A stretch of DNA of 64,000 nt from Candidatus Zambryskiibacteriota bacterium (GCA_048499675.1 JASNZL010000002.1:40138-104137), one strand, 5' to 3'. Positions 9,553 to 18,774 are shown, counted from the first letter of the stretch. The notes: generated from the letters alone by a model not told the origin. Numbers and translations are program-made.

Positions 9553-9774
9553 ATGCCAAGAGCAATTTATCAAGATGACCACAAGAAAATCGTTGAGCGC
9601 TTGAAACAAGCACGGCTTGAGGTTGGTCTTGGGCAGGTTGAAGTTGCTGAGAAGCTTGGTAGAACTCAGTCGTATGTCTCAAAGATTGAATCAGGGCAAC
9701 GGCGCTTTGATGTTTTGCAACTCAAAGAGTTTGCAAAACTTTATAAAAAATCCTTGGATTTTTTTGTTAAATAA
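9553..9774 (+). CDS. XRE-family HTH regulator, probable RM controller (C) protein
   Basis: 73 aa, RLKQARLEVGLGQVEVAEKLGRTQSYVSKIESG; directly upstream of the REase. Confidence 0.85.
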   Translation: MPRAIYQDDHKKIVERLKQARLEVGLGQVEVAEKLGRTQSYVSKIESGQRRFDVLQLKEFAKLYKKSLDFFVK

Positions 9775-9775
9775 C

Positions 9776-10858
9776 ATGAATCATAACCATGAAATTATAA
9801 TTACTAAGCAAGATGTTGTTCCGTACATCTATTTTGTATGTTCAATGGCTCAACGAGGCAGGATGTATGGGGGTCTTAGTGGAAAAAGTGATTATATTGG
9901 AGGGGTTTTTGATCGTTGGATAAATATAATTCCCGAAAGTGTAATTTTCAACAAATATTTTTTGCCCAGAATAGCCAATAATCTATCTGTCATTTCTGAC
10001 TATTATGAGTACGACCCAAAGAAATCCGGCATAGCCCCTGATGTGCTTGGTATAAGAGCTGGTCAAGACGCTAAGCCTTTTGTTGAATATGTAAATAAAT
10101 GGCAAGCATTAAATAATGCACCGCAAATTGAGGTAAAATCCTTCAAAAAAGCGCAGTACATGGTTAGTTTGAGGAACCAAGGGTACGACAATAAATATCT
10201 TGTCATGGTTGAAACAAATCTTGATAGCGATTACTTATTGCCTTTTTTTGAACAAACAGTCTTTAGTGAAGATGTCTACAACAAACTTAAAATGGACGAT
10301 AGAGTTTTTATAAAATCTAATGTTAACAATGACTTATCTTCCGTTACAAAAATTAATAGAAATAATACGGATTTAGGCTCACTAAAACTTATAACAGTTT
10401 GTTCAGCAAAAGATTTTATGTCTTTTTCAACTCTCTGCTCCTCAAATGAGAGCCCGATTTATGTAAAAGAAGTAAATGAAACTAGAACTGCAAAAACCAC
10501 TACAATTACAACGCCTTTATCTAATTATCTAACAAAAAATAGTAACAATTTATATAGTTGGAATAATAATTTGTTAGACAAAAATAACAAACATAAAATA
10601 CTAGATGTTTATATTGATGACATTCAAAACATTCATTTTGTAAAAAATAGTAAAAGCTCTATTACTATTACAACAACAGGTAGAGCCACTATAAATAATG
10701 TGGTTTTGGAAGCAAATAAAACCTATATTATTAAGTTCCAACTATTAGATCGTTCTTCAAACAATGGTGAGGAGTATTTTATGCATAAGTCCGTTATCGA
10801 TAAAATACCTAGTAAAGAGGACATTATGTTGGAGTCTATAAAGCAATATATAAAATAG
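9776..10858 (+). CDS. Probable type II restriction endonuclease (PD-D/ExK)
   Basis: APDVLG...IEVKSF motif; lies between C-protein and convergent C5 MTase; ATG at 9776. Confidence 0.7.
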   Translation: MNHNHEIIITKQDVVPYIYFVCSMAQRGRMYGGLSGKSDYIGGVFDRWINIIPESVIFNKYFLPRIANNLSVISDYYEYDPKKSGIAPDVLGIRAGQDAKPFVEYVNKWQALNNAPQIEVKSFKKAQYMVSLRNQGYDNKYLVMVETNLDSDYLLPFFEQTVFSEDVYNKLKMDDRVFIKSNVNNDLSSVTKINRNNTDLGSLKLITVCSAKDFMSFSTLCSSNESPIYVKEVNETRTAKTTTITTPLSNYLTKNSNNLYSWNNNLLDKNNKHKILDVYIDDIQNIHFVKNSKSSITITTTGRATINNVVLEANKTYIIKFQLLDRSSNNGEEYFMHKSVIDKIPSKEDIMLESIKQYIK

Positions 10859-12436
10859 TTATTGCATTGCTCGCATCATTTCTTTTGCCACAGCTTCAAT
10901 AACAGGAACACTAACGGAATTTCCAGCTTGTTTGTATAGTGCCGAATCAGAAATTTTTGGAAGTTTGTAATTTTTTGGAAAGCCTTGAATTCTAAAACAC
11001 TCTAACGGAGTCAATTTTCGTATACCCTTTTTATCTTTTATGATTGGCACATTATGTCCACCTGTCCCCATGTTTGCAGTTAAAGTTGGGCAAACACCAC
11101 TTTTATTTTCTCTAACATATTGTCTGCGCCATTGATACACTTTACCTTCTTCCTTTACGTCATTTTTTAATCTTTCATATAATGGCTTGCCATTATAGTA
11201 ATATTTTTCAGGCACGTTTTTCTCCAATAGATCGGTTACTTTTTTCGTGAGCTTTATTGGTTTTGGAAACTCAAACTTATCAAAGTAGTTTTTATTTTTG
11301 AACCCTACAATATAGATACGCTCTCGATTTTGTGGCACATTTCCATACTCCATAGTATTTAGAACTTTTGATTTTACAAAGTATCCAAGATCTTCAAGTG
11401 TTTTTTCTATAACCTCAAAAGTTTTCCCCGAATCATGGCTCTTTAGATTTTTTACATTTTCAAGCAAAAAGCCTTCTGGTTTTCGTGCCTCAATGATCCT
11501 TGCAATATCGAAAAATAAATTTCCTCTATCCTTTTTATCTTTAAAGCCGTGCCTATATCCAGCAATAGAAAAAGCTTGGCAAGGGAAACCTCCTAAAAGA
11601 AAATCAAATTTAGGCAAATCATCAATTCCAATTTTTCGTATATCCTCAACTATTAATTTTGAATCTTTAAAATTAAGATCGTATGTATCTTTACATTGTG
11701 GTTCAAAGTCATTAGCAAAAACTGTTTGGAATCCAGCATTTTCAAAACCGATCCTTATCCCTCCTACACCCGCAAATAAATCTATTGTATTAAAACCATG
11801 TTTAGTTTTTTGTTTTGGCTTGAATTCTTCTTCGAACTGTATATTTCTAATTACTTGGACAACAACACCCCGAACTTCAACCTCTTTTCTATAAAATGGG
11901 AGCATTGATTGATTTCTCGGTTCAAGCCTAAACCGTGATTTTTCTCTATACAACTTTTTGAGTGTTGCTTCATTATCATCAATAATTGCAACGACTGTTT
12001 GTCCATTTTCTGCAACAGACTGTTTTTTTATCACAACAACATCTCCGTCAAAAATACCCTCGTCAATCATACTTTCTCCGACAACTCGTAGAGCATAATA
12101 ATCTTTAGAGTTTTGTATATTAGGATCAACAAGAGAGATAAAATCTTCTCGATTTTCTATTGCCTCAATAGGCTGTCCTGCCGCAATATTGCCTAAAATC
12201 GGAATTTCAACAACAGATTTTATTTCTTTCATGAGAGATAAACTTCTTGGAGAATTTTCAGACCTTGAAATATACCCCTTTGCCTCTAGGGAATTGATAT
12301 GCTCGTGAATGGTGGAAACTGCTTTTAGTTTTAGCTCTTTCCTGATCTCTTCAATCGTTGGGGAAATACCATTTTCAGAGATATATGTTTTTATAAAATC
12401 AAAAACCTGTTTTTGCTTTTTTGTAAGTTTAGACAT
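10859..12436 (-). CDS. LexA repressor fused to DNA (cytosine-5)-methyltransferase
   Basis: N-terminal ~200 aa LexA (wHTH, IAAGQP, GESM, ATLKK); C-terminal DLFAGVGG, GFPCQAFS, ENVKNL, QNRERIY, KQAGNSV. Confidence 0.93.
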   Translation of the reverse strand: MSKLTKKQKQVFDFIKTYISENGISPTIEEIRKELKLKAVSTIHEHINSLEAKGYISRSENSPRSLSLMKEIKSVVEIPILGNIAAGQPIEAIENREDFISLVDPNIQNSKDYYALRVVGESMIDEGIFDGDVVVIKKQSVAENGQTVVAIIDDNEATLKKLYREKSRFRLEPRNQSMLPFYRKEVEVRGVVVQVIRNIQFEEEFKPKQKTKHGFNTIDLFAGVGGIRIGFENAGFQTVFANDFEPQCKDTYDLNFKDSKLIVEDIRKIGIDDLPKFDFLLGGFPCQAFSIAGYRHGFKDKKDRGNLFFDIARIIEARKPEGFLLENVKNLKSHDSGKTFEVIEKTLEDLGYFVKSKVLNTMEYGNVPQNRERIYIVGFKNKNYFDKFEFPKPIKLTKKVTDLLEKNVPEKYYYNGKPLYERLKNDVKEEGKVYQWRRQYVRENKSGVCPTLTANMGTGGHNVPIIKDKKGIRKLTPLECFRIQGFPKNYKLPKISDSALYKQAGNSVSVPVIEAVAKEMMRAMQ

Positions 12437-12460
12437 ATTGCATTAAAAATTCATTTGCGC

Positions 12461-12514
12461 TACAATTTCATTGTAACCGAAAAGAAGCCGAAAAGTAAAG
12501 CGAGATTATCCACA
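12461..12514. promoter_or_regulatory. Divergent promoter region with candidate LexA operator and a DnaA box
   Basis: TACAAT-TTC-ATTGTA palindrome (a -10 on each strand), CCGAAAAG direct repeat at 12477 and 12488, TTATCCACA at 12506. Confidence 0.5.
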
Positions 12515-12522
12515 ATAATATT

Positions 12523-13764
12523 ATGAACGAACATTTTGAAAAATTTATAGATAATATCTCCCTGACTAAAAATCAAAGAGATGATTCTCTTACAAAATAT
12601 ATTGGAATATGCAAAACTCTGAATTCTGAATTCTACAGCTCAGAATATTCTGACTCTGTGAAGTTTTTGTTTGGCTCCTATAAGAAGAAAACAACCATTT
12701 CACATACAGGAAAAGATGTTGATGTTATTTTTAAAATCCCACAAGAAAAATTTGAAGAGTACCAAAAGCAAGAAAATGGACCCTCTAACCTGTTGACCAA
12801 AGTTAAAAATACTCTGAAAGACACTTATTCAACTACAGACAAAATAAAAAATTGGACAAAAGTGGTGGTGGTTGATTTCTCTACTTTTAAGGTAGAGATA
12901 CTCCCTGCGCTTGAAAAAGATGATGGTAAATTTATTGTTCCCAACACTGGAGATGGAGAAGATTGGATTATTTTTGATCCAAAAAGCGAAATAACGAGTT
13001 TTAAAAATTCAAATAACTCAAACAATGGGTTAACAAGAAACTTAATTAAAATTATCAAGAAATGGAAAATTGAAACAGGAAACGTAAATATAAAAACTTA
13101 CATTTTGGATAAGTACGTCATAGATTTTTTGAGTAATTATTCTTTTGCAAGTTATCCGAAAACCATTTTAGATTTTTTTGAATATTTGCATAAAAAAGAA
13201 AGTGGAACAAATATAGAAACAGCAAAAAATAGAGCAAAAAAAGCATATGCTTTTTACGAAGAAAACAATATTGAAAAGGCGGTAGAAGAATATCAAAAAA
13301 TCTTTGTGAATGGTTTCCCTAGAAATATTAAAAAAGAAGTTGGTGACTTTACAGATTACGTTAAAGCTCCAAATGAACAATTCATAGAAGATTTTTTTAG
13401 AGTTTCTTTAGATAAAAAAATAGACATTAATATTGAAACACGATGTAAACCTAAAAAAGGAGGCTTTATGAAGAGCATATTGTTGAGTAGATTACCAAAT
13501 GGTTGGGTATCTAAAAAAGATGATCTTGAGTTCGTTCTTAATACTAAAAACTTATCTGGGGAGTACTTAACTAAATGGAAAGTAAGAAATTTTGGCGAAG
13601 AAGCAACAAGAGATGGTAAACTCAGGGGAGAGATACTTGAGGATAATAATGGGATTCATAAATATAAAGACGGTGCGGCATTTTATGGAGAACATTTTTT
13701 AGAGTGTTACATTATTCAAAATAATATATGTATCGCGAGAAAAAGAGTTGTTGTACCAATATAG
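12523..13764 (+). CDS. SMODS/CD-NTase nucleotidyltransferase with C-terminal AGS-C domain
   Basis: FGSYKKKT...DVDVIF...VEILPA core; C-terminal WKVRNFGEEA...LRGEI...FYGEHFLECYII. Confidence 0.88.
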   Translation: MNEHFEKFIDNISLTKNQRDDSLTKYIGICKTLNSEFYSSEYSDSVKFLFGSYKKKTTISHTGKDVDVIFKIPQEKFEEYQKQENGPSNLLTKVKNTLKDTYSTTDKIKNWTKVVVVDFSTFKVEILPALEKDDGKFIVPNTGDGEDWIIFDPKSEITSFKNSNNSNNGLTRNLIKIIKKWKIETGNVNIKTYILDKYVIDFLSNYSFASYPKTILDFFEYLHKKESGTNIETAKNRAKKAYAFYEENNIEKAVEEYQKIFVNGFPRNIKKEVGDFTDYVKAPNEQFIEDFFRVSLDKKIDINIETRCKPKKGGFMKSILLSRLPNGWVSKKDDLEFVLNTKNLSGEYLTKWKVRNFGEEATRDGKLRGEILEDNNGIHKYKDGAAFYGEHFLECYIIQNNICIARKRVVVPI

Positions 13765-13768
13765 AAAT

Positions 13769-14332
13769 ATGGATAAAAACAATCTATCAATCATAAGGCA
13801 ACAGTTTGCACAATGTGTGTTTACTCACAAGGTCTTGGAAAAGGCTTCTGATAGACTTGAGAAAGTAAATACGAAGATCAAATGGGCTAACGTCATAATT
13901 TTAGCCCTTGTTGTGGTTTTTCTTGTATTGCCAATTAGATTTCCTGAGTACTCATTTTTGAATGATGTCGCTATAGCCATAACAGTCTTTGAAATTTTAT
14001 TTGTCTATTTTCAAAAGGAATTTTCTTTTGAAGAAAAAGCAAAAGATCACAAAAAATTTGCCTTAAAATTTCTAGAGCTTCGTGATAAGTACAAAAATTT
14101 TATTGTTGATATAACAAACGGATTAGATAGTGGAGAAATCAGAACAAAGAGAGACCTTTTACAAGAACAGTATCAGATTATTAGTAGTTTAACCCCACAA
14201 ACTGAGTATATTGACTATAAAGAAGCGCAACTTGCTTTGTTGGGAAAAAATATTTCTGATGAAGAATTTACATGGTCTGACAAAGAGATAGATCGTTTTT
14301 TACCGAAAGAGTTAAGATTCGAAGAAGATTAA
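13769..14332 (+). CDS. SLATT 2-TM effector (SLATT_4-like)
   Basis: FAQCVFTHKVLEKA, two TM helices, AKDHKKFA, EIDRFLP; directly after CD-NTase. Confidence 0.82.
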   Translation: MDKNNLSIIRQQFAQCVFTHKVLEKASDRLEKVNTKIKWANVIILALVVVFLVLPIRFPEYSFLNDVAIAITVFEILFVYFQKEFSFEEKAKDHKKFALKFLELRDKYKNFIVDITNGLDSGEIRTKRDLLQEQYQIISSLTPQTEYIDYKEAQLALLGKNISDEEFTWSDKEIDRFLPKELRFEED

Positions 14333-14657
14333 AGAGGGTTTCGCTTGCGCGCGCATGGGAGGGTTGGGGCAAGCGCAATATGATTTGCTTGTGCCATTCG
14401 TCAGTTTGGCACAATCCGCTTTTTTAGAGTTACCACGAACGCCGTCGAAGTCACAGAGCGAACACGAAGCAAGTACCGAGCAGGCATCGTGAGCGAATGC
14501 GAACGGCAAATGCGAGGTGATTGCGAAGTGTGAGCGGACGACAGAGCTATCACAAAACGCGGAGAGGAAGCGCCTCGCCCGACGCGAATGACGGAGAAAA
14601 GGACGGACGGAATATTGCCACCATGCTAAAATATACATACGAGTCCTTTTTGGAGGA

Positions 14658-14786
14658 ATGAAGCGGCGGAAACAAAACCATAAAATTTCCTTTCATTTTT
14701 TGAGCGGCTCCCCCCACACCCCCCGCCGAAAATGGATAGGTAAGGAAATTTTTGGTTTTGGTTCGCGACCGCAGGGAGCGAGGCGC
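14658..14786. repeat. Right arm of ~130-bp inverted repeat
   Basis: Reverse complement of 9365-9495. Confidence 0.9.
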
Positions 14787-14918
14787 GCACTGTTCGCTTC
14801 ACCACGCCTGCCTGCGCCGAGGCTTCGGCAGGCAGGCAATCCGAGCGTACGATTTGGGTTCAAAGCCACCACGCGCTCCGCGCGTGCGAAGTGGGTTCGG
14901 GCAAAGGTTAGTATCTCA

Positions 14919-15079
14919 CCGCTTGAGCTTCGCGAAAGCGGAGAGTGAGGTCTAGCTTTTGTGCAACAAAAGCGTAAGACGGATTCGAAGCCCGATTGAG
15001 ATTTTTTAGGAGGGCAACGAACTAAAAAATCCAATTGGGGTACTGAAACTGTAAGTTTCGACTCCTGTCCCATCCACCA
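14919..15079 (+). repeat. Second copy of the tRNA-Ser element, ending in a different tRNA 3' fragment
   Basis: Near-identical to 9122-9264, then TTCGACTCCTGTCCCATCCACCA. Confidence 0.85.
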
Positions 15080-15130
15080 AGTTTTACATTCAGCAAAAAG
15101 AGCGGGTTACTTCCGCTCCTTTTTGGGTTT

Positions 15131-15349
15131 TCAGACCCGAATGTGCTTGGCGAGCCAAGGAGTCTCTCTCGGTTGCTCGGGTAGTCCAACAAGAACAAAC
15201 CCTGAGTCAAAACGAGTTTGCTCGCGACGATTGTGTTCATCCCGTTGACCGTTGGCCTGAAATCCGCTTTCCGCAAGCAGATTCGTACCGCAACGGTCAC
15301 AAGCATCTCTTGACTCGAACTTACATGGACACACACTAGCATTTGGCAT
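15131..15349 (-). CDS. Small Cys-rich hypothetical protein
   Basis: CPC...CDRC; SD-like AGAGGGG upstream; terminator hairpin near 15095-15125. Confidence 0.45.
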   Translation of the reverse strand: MPNASVCPCKFESRDACDRCGTNLLAESGFQANGQRDEHNRREQTRFDSGFVLVGLPEQPRETPWLAKHIRV

Positions 15350-15521
15350 TTTTCCCCTCTCTTTCTAGCGCTCCCGCAAGAGCATCTGTATTAATATTAC
15401 CACAAAAAGCACACTTACGCAAACAACTGTGGATATTGTTATGCCGGCTTAATTTGATAGAATTATAAATATTACTACTAATAAAGTTTCTAACTATTTA
15501 TAAGCATTTTTAACTAAAATT

Positions 15522-15890
15522 ATGGAAGAACAAAACAACACAACCCAAAATGAGTCACCAAAAACAGAGGAGGTGATAAAAATAGAAGCGCCCCGCAAAG
15601 AAAATTTATGGGCAATACTTTGTTATCTAGGAATTCTTATTATCATTCCATTTTTAATAGCAAAAAATAATTCTTTTGTTAAATACCACATCAAACAAGG
15701 TTTGGTTTTGCTTGCCCTATCATTTATCGCTTGGTTACTTCCGATGACTCACGATTCTTTTGATTTTGTTTCTGGCATAATAAATATTGCAATATTTATA
15801 CTATCAATAATTGGTATAATAAACGTAGTTCAAAACAGAGAAAAGGAATTGCCTCTTGTTGGTCAATTTTCAAAATATTTTAAATTTTAA
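15522..15890 (+). CDS. DUF4870-like membrane protein
   Basis: AILCYLGIL, FVKYHIKQGL, ELPLVG. Confidence 0.8.
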   Translation: MEEQNNTTQNESPKTEEVIKIEAPRKENLWAILCYLGILIIIPFLIAKNNSFVKYHIKQGLVLLALSFIAWLLPMTHDSFDFVSGIINIAIFILSIIGIINVVQNREKELPLVGQFSKYFKF

Positions 15891-15892
15891 TT

Positions 15893-16147
15893 ATGAACAA
15901 CAAACCACTAATTATTACGCTTGTCATCGTCATTTTTATCCTAGGGGGATTATTTTACATTTACAATCCTGAACCGGTAGAAATAGGTAATAATGAAGAA
16001 GAAAATGTTGTTTGTACCATGGATGCACTACTATGTCCTGATGGAAGTTATGTAGGTAGAGTTCCGCCAGATTGTCAGTTTGAAGCTTGCCCAATTCCAG
16101 ACGATGCTGTTATGGAAGATGGAGTAATATTAGATGACAACAATTAA
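15893..16147 (+). CDS. Small membrane-anchored protein with Cys motif
   Basis: N-terminal TM; CTMDALLCPDGSYVGRVPPDCQFEACP. Confidence 0.75.
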   Translation: MNNKPLIITLVIVIFILGGLFYIYNPEPVEIGNNEEENVVCTMDALLCPDGSYVGRVPPDCQFEACPIPDDAVMEDGVILDDNN

Positions 16148-18380
16148 ACAGGATACGCCGATTGAAGAATTTCAAAGACTTTCGCCTATCCAAAAGAAGG
16201 CGCTACTAAAGCTACGTCTCAAAAGTGCAATAGACCTCCTTAGATATTTTCCCCAAAGATATGGCGAAGCAACTTCTACCAAATCAATTGAATATTTAAC
16301 ACAAGGAGAAAGTGCTGTAGTTTTTGGTAAAATTTCAAACTTAAAAACAGCAAAAACTTTTAAATCAAAGACTGCAATATCAAGCGCTTCAATAGAAGAT
16401 GCAACAGGAAAAGTGAGCTTGGTTTGGTTTAATCAACCCTACATTGCAAAAATGTATTTGACTGAATCTTTGGTGCGAATTGAGGGCAAAGTATCTCAAA
16501 AAAAAACTGGTGAGTTGTATTTTTCTAATCCAAAAATAGAGAAGGTTTCAAAAATCCCAGATGGAACAAGTGACACTCTTTTTATTGGAGAAGATTTCAG
16601 TAATATGTCTCCCGTATATCCCGAAAGTAGAGGGATTACATCAAATTGGATATACCACGCAATCCAAAGGATATTTGGTAGCGGGATACTAGAAGAAATT
16701 ATTGATCCCATTCCTGAATATATTTTAAAAAAATACAATCTTCCTACAATAAAAACCGCTCTTGTTTGGATTCATTCACCAAGAAAAAAAGAGGACGCGG
16801 AAATCGCTAGAAAAAGATTTGCGTTTGAAGAAATATTTTTTATCCAACTAGATAGACAAAGGGAGAAATTCCTAGCTCAAAAAGAAAAATCATTTATTAT
16901 TTCAAAATCAAAAAAAGAAATTAGAGATTTTACTAGCAGTTTTCCTTTTCCATTAACAGGAGCACAAGACAGATCCATCGAGACAATACTTTCTGATCTA
17001 AAAGATGGAGACCCTATGTCCCGTCTTTTGGAGGGGGATGTTGGCAGTGGCAAAACTGCAGTTTCAGCAACGGCAAGTTTTGCAGTAGTAACAACCACCC
17101 CACCAAATAGAGAAGTTGGTAATTTGCAAGTAGCGTATATGGCGCCTACCGAAATATTAGCCGAACAACATTTTGAATCTTTTATTGAATATTTCAAAAA
17201 ATACAAAATACAAATCGGATTAATTACAGGGAGCGGAGCAAAAAAGTTTCCATCAAAATCAAACCGCGAACTTTGGACAAAAATATCAAAACCCCAATTA
17301 TTAAAATGGGTAGAAAATGGTGAAATTGGTGTACTTATTGGTACCCACTCACTCATACAAAAGACTGTTAAATTCAAAAATTTGGCCCTTATTATAATAG
17401 ACGAGCAACATCGTTTTGGTGTTAGTCAACGTCGTGCGTTGGCTCGCGGAAAAATGCAGAATCAAACGCAGAATAACGCAGAACAAAAAACCGCTCAAAA
17501 TTCTACAGATATTTCCGTACCTAGTTCGGTCCAGAGAGCACCCATTCCGCATTTACTTAGTATGACCGCTACTCCAATCCCTAGAACTCTAGCGCTCACA
17601 CTTTTTGGTGATTTGGATTTATCAATACTCGATGAACTACCAAAAGGAAGGCAATTGCCTCTAACAAAAATAGTCTTGCAGACCGAAAGAGAAAGTGTTT
17701 ATGAAAAAATAAGAGAAGAATTAAATTCTGGAAGACAGGCTTATGTTATTTGCCCGCGAGTAAACGACCCAGATCCAGATATGGAAACTGCAATAAATGC
17801 TAAATCAGTGAAGTCCGAAATAGAAAGATTACAAACAAAAATTTTTAAAGAGTTTAAAGTCAGAGGAATTACCGGCAAAGACAAACCCAAAGAAAAAGAA
17901 GAAGTAATGAGAGATTTCAAAGAAGGAAAATTTGATATTCTGGTGGCCACTTCTGTTGTGGAAGTTGGGGTTAATGTTCCAAACGCAACAGTAATGATAA
18001 TAGAAAACGCAGAAAGATTTGGACTTGCTCAACTTCATCAACTGAGAGGCAGAATCCTCCGAAGTTCACACAAACCATACTGCTTTGTTTTTGCAGACAG
18101 CCAAAGCCAAAAAACAGTTAGTAGATTGAAATCTTTTGTTAATGCTAAAAATGGTTTTGAGCTGGCAGAAGCCGATATGCAACAAAGAGGAATTGGTGAT
18201 TTAACAGGAGTAAAACAGTGGGGAGTATCTGACCTTGCAATGGAAGCGTTGAAAAATATAAAAATGGTTGAGTACGCAAGAGAAGAAGCAAAAAGCTTAA
18301 TAGAAAAGGATTATGAATTAAAGAATTATCCCCTACTCCGAGATAAATTATTTCAGAAAGAAGGGGTACATATGGAGTAG
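16134..18380 (+). CDS. recG: ATP-dependent DNA helicase RecG
   Basis: GDVGSGKT, DEQHRFGV, MTATPIPRTL, QLHQLRGR. Confidence 0.98.
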   Translation: MTTIKQDTPIEEFQRLSPIQKKALLKLRLKSAIDLLRYFPQRYGEATSTKSIEYLTQGESAVVFGKISNLKTAKTFKSKTAISSASIEDATGKVSLVWFNQPYIAKMYLTESLVRIEGKVSQKKTGELYFSNPKIEKVSKIPDGTSDTLFIGEDFSNMSPVYPESRGITSNWIYHAIQRIFGSGILEEIIDPIPEYILKKYNLPTIKTALVWIHSPRKKEDAEIARKRFAFEEIFFIQLDRQREKFLAQKEKSFIISKSKKEIRDFTSSFPFPLTGAQDRSIETILSDLKDGDPMSRLLEGDVGSGKTAVSATASFAVVTTTPPNREVGNLQVAYMAPTEILAEQHFESFIEYFKKYKIQIGLITGSGAKKFPSKSNRELWTKISKPQLLKWVENGEIGVLIGTHSLIQKTVKFKNLALIIIDEQHRFGVSQRRALARGKMQNQTQNNAEQKTAQNSTDISVPSSVQRAPIPHLLSMTATPIPRTLALTLFGDLDLSILDELPKGRQLPLTKIVLQTERESVYEKIREELNSGRQAYVICPRVNDPDPDMETAINAKSVKSEIERLQTKIFKEFKVRGITGKDKPKEKEEVMRDFKEGKFDILVATSVVEVGVNVPNATVMIIENAERFGLAQLHQLRGRILRSSHKPYCFVFADSQSQKTVSRLKSFVNAKNGFELAEADMQQRGIGDLTGVKQWGVSDLAMEALKNIKMVEYAREEAKSLIEKDYELKNYPLLRDKLFQKEGVHME

Positions 18381-18726
18381 CACGACACCAATACGCGAAT
18401 TGGCACGAATGACACGAATATAGAGTTAGAAAGTTAAAAAGTTAAAAGTTTATAAAGTAACCCGCCAATCGTATAAAAGCTTAACTAAAATTCTAAATAC
18501 TAAATCCGAAATCCGACTTGTCCCGCCGAAGCTTTAGCGAAGGGGGAAACAAACTCTTAAATCCTAAATACAAAATCTTTAAATTTTAGATTTTGTTATT
18601 TGTGTATTGTTTGTAATTTGGATACTGTAATTTGGTATTTTAAAAATTATTATATTAGTAATTAGTGGGTTAAAATTAAGAATTACCCACCAATCTTACA
18701 AATAGAGAAATAAAATTTTATTTTAT

Positions 18727-18774
18727 GAAACAAAAATTAGTGTGCGGGTAGGCCCGTACACTAAATTTTGTTTC
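18727..18774. repeat. Hairpin whose left arm is directly repeated at the tRNA-Gly 3' end (18728-18752 = 19039-19063)
   Basis: GAAACAAAAATTAGTGTGCGGG-TAGG-CCCGTACACTAAATTTTGTTTC. Confidence 0.85.

Larger units (their letters stand above)
9277..14941. mobile_element. Defence island at tRNA-Ser; no integrase encoded
   Basis: 23-bp direct repeat CCGCTTGAGCTTCGCGAAAGCGG at 9277-9299 and 14919-14941; RM and CBASS-like cargo. Confidence 0.8.

Noticed and set aside
9301-9775. Long N-terminal extensions of the HTH and REase ORFs in the ORF track
   Set aside because: Extensions run through repeats or overlap the neighbouring gene; ATGs at 9553 and 9776 give a clean operon.
15040-15079. Complete tRNA or tmRNA gene
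   Set aside because: Only the T-loop and 3' acceptor strand are present; no matching 5' half upstream.
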